Part shown: positions 61,795-64,000 of the stretch, one piece after another | Layout: each line of letters starts with the position of its first letter | How positions within the stretch are numbered: position 1 is the first letter of the stretch | Source: Stegostoma tigrinum | Taxonomy: Eukaryota | NCBI RefSeq assembly: GCF_030684315.1 | Contig: NC_081369.1 | Coordinates: 9,338,035 to 9,402,034 of the forward strand | DNA length: 64,000 bases | Direction: 5' to 3' | Notes under the pieces: generated by a model | The model's database searches: none | What the model saw: the letters and a program-made list of their open reading frames with translations, nothing else | What the model was told of the DNA's origin: nothing | Made by a program: the position numbers and the translations under genes

Positions 61795-62103
61795 TGATTA
61801 GATTAGATTCCCTACAGTGTGGAAACAGGTCCTTTGGCCCAATAAGTCCACACCGCTCCTTGGGCAATCCCACCTAGACCTCCCCCCCCTCCCACCCCGA
61901 TAACTCACACACCCCTGAACACTACGGACAATTTAGCATGGCCGATCCATCTAGCCTGCACATCTTTGGACTGTGGGAGGAAACCGGAGCACCCAAAGGA
62001 AACCCACACAGACACAGGGAGAATGTGCAAACTCCGCACAGACAGTTACCCAAGGCTGGAATCGAACCCAGGTCCCTGGTTCTGTGAGCCAGTGTGCCGC
62101 CCT
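61795..62103 (-). mobile_element. HE1-type V-SINE
   Basis: Same head, V-core and tail as 33570-33873, with a short deletion in the tRNA head. Confidence 0.92.
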
Positions 62104-64000
62104 TAGAATGTGTTAACGATATCACTAAAATGAAGTATGACATGGGCTGTATCGTAAGACTGTGTGCGTCACCATATTCAAGTACTTAAAAAAGGGTGTT
62201 TTCCTCATTTAACAACTATTCAACAACATTAAAGTCAGCAACATGTTTATTTCATTGGCATGCACAGGGCATTGCTGTGTTCATTCTGACTATAATGTCT
62301 ACCTAGAATGTACTCCATACATTTCAAAAAGTAACTGCTTTTAAGAAAATTTACGAGTTCTTGAGTTGCGAAATGTTGCACATTTCTATTTGCTGTTTTT
62401 GCAGACCAAATACTGTGGAGAATATGCTGAAATCTTAAATTAATTTAAAAATCATTGCGTTGATCCAACTGGAGTATGGCTGTGGTTTTCTAGATGCCTG
62501 TCAGTTAAGTTAGACCAATCACTTTCATTTGCATCTACTTTATGAAGAGCATTCCTTAGGTCTGGAGTACCACCTCACACTGTAATGAAGCAACCATAAG
62601 TTAGTGTAACCAACAGTTCCATCAGTGACAAATTTGGTTGGCCTGTGCTTTGAGCTAGGAGCTAAATTACGTTTGCACAATTAAGTTCACGAATGATTAT
62701 TTTAGTTAATGATGTGATACTGTGTTTACCCCATTAACTCATGTAGTTTGAAGAAATTAGTTAAAGGTTAAAGCCCATGCTCGAAACTATTTCAAACCAA
62801 CGTTGGTTCTTTCCATGTAATTTTAACGGAAACCTCAACTTCCCTATCATGGCTATAACTTAAGACTGTGCTGAGATACTGTGACGTAAGAGATATGTTG
62901 GGCATTGTGTTTGATTTTCATTACTGTCTCTTGGAGCCATGTTTTGATTATGTTTGGCTGTTGCAGAAATATTTCTTTCGTTCCCCTTGAATTATCTTAA
63001 ATTTTTTTCCTATTATCTCCACTTCTTTGGAGAATAGCTGACTTTTGTTGGAAGATGATGATTTGCATACATAGATGCTTAATTAGCAACTTCCCTTATT
63101 TTGATTGATCTTTCTAGTGTGTACTGGTCTCCATGCTGCAGTAACCGCTACCTGCTACAAATTGACCATGGAACGCAAAATGCTGACTGAGCAATGTCTA
63201 ATATCCCTTCAGAATTCCCATGGGTATTTTGGTGCATCACACAACTTGGGCACAGGAACACATCATTTAGTCCAAAGATCAATGCTCCACATATATTTCC
63301 TCACATTACTTCATCTCATCTCACCAGAACCAGATCCTTCTATTTCCTGCTCCTTTATACTTAGCTAGTTCCAACTTAAATATATCATTTCACATCGTTG
63401 AACCACGCCACAAAAAGCTTAATTATCCCTTTTGCAATATTTTCTAACAGATATATATCAAGTGAAAAAAAAAAAAAAGTTTGGGAAATTTTGTCTTCTC
63501 CTTGTCATCCCTTTTTGCGCTAATCAGGAAATGAATCTTCAATTGCTGGAGAACTTCAGGACAATCTAGGAAAGTTGCCAATTCTCAGGTATTCTAATTT
63601 TGCTTCTGTTTGGATGAAAAATGACCAAGTACCGCCTTCGTTACGAAAGACTTGAATATTGGAAAGCTCAAAATAAAGGAAGTTAATATTAAAATTACAA
63701 CATTCTGTGCTAACACACACTCAGCAGCGCCTGAAAAGCTCAACACAATCCACTAAAATTAAAATGAGAAACATAATTGCTGGATATTTGAAATAAGTGA
63801 AAATTATAGAAGATTATGGAGATATCGGTGAAGATCTGAAAAATAATAGGTCGGTTTGATTTTCGCCATCCTAATTCCCCCTTCATTTTAGGGACTCGTT
63901 GAAAACTGTTTGGAAATGTTTCATCTTCTGAAATTCTACAATTGTTAATCCTGCTTCATTTTATGGTGGTTATTTCATATAGTCTTTTCGAGAGCTTTCT

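Overview
Vertebrate, AT-rich, repeat-dense genomic DNA, almost certainly from a shark or other elasmobranch. This is inferred from HE1-type V-SINEs, a DeuSINE, HER1/CR1 LINEs and shark-type Penelope termini. Most of the ORF track is transposon debris or spurious. I can support one host gene: a + strand, non-rearranging immunoglobulin-superfamily receptor at about 37.6-43.9 kb. Its exons are leader, germline-joined VJ, C1, TM with a charged Arg, small cytoplasmic exons and a terminal exon with a tyrosine motif. Its V domain is unusually short and VNAR-like, and its C1 exon ends at a GC donor. The gene lies in a roughly 24 kb CpG-retaining domain. Mobile DNA includes many CR1 fragments (one young 2.1 kb ORF2 copy), two decayed Gypsy elements, an LTR remnant with a tRNA-Asn primer site, Penelope-like elements with hammerhead-ribozyme termini (some as palindromic insertions with target-site duplications), and tRNA-derived SINEs. 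The most unexpected non-coding signal is a 119-bp tandem array at 26.2-26.5 kb with the architecture of box C/D guide RNAs. Exon and motif coordinates were counted by hand. Repeat boundaries are approximate.
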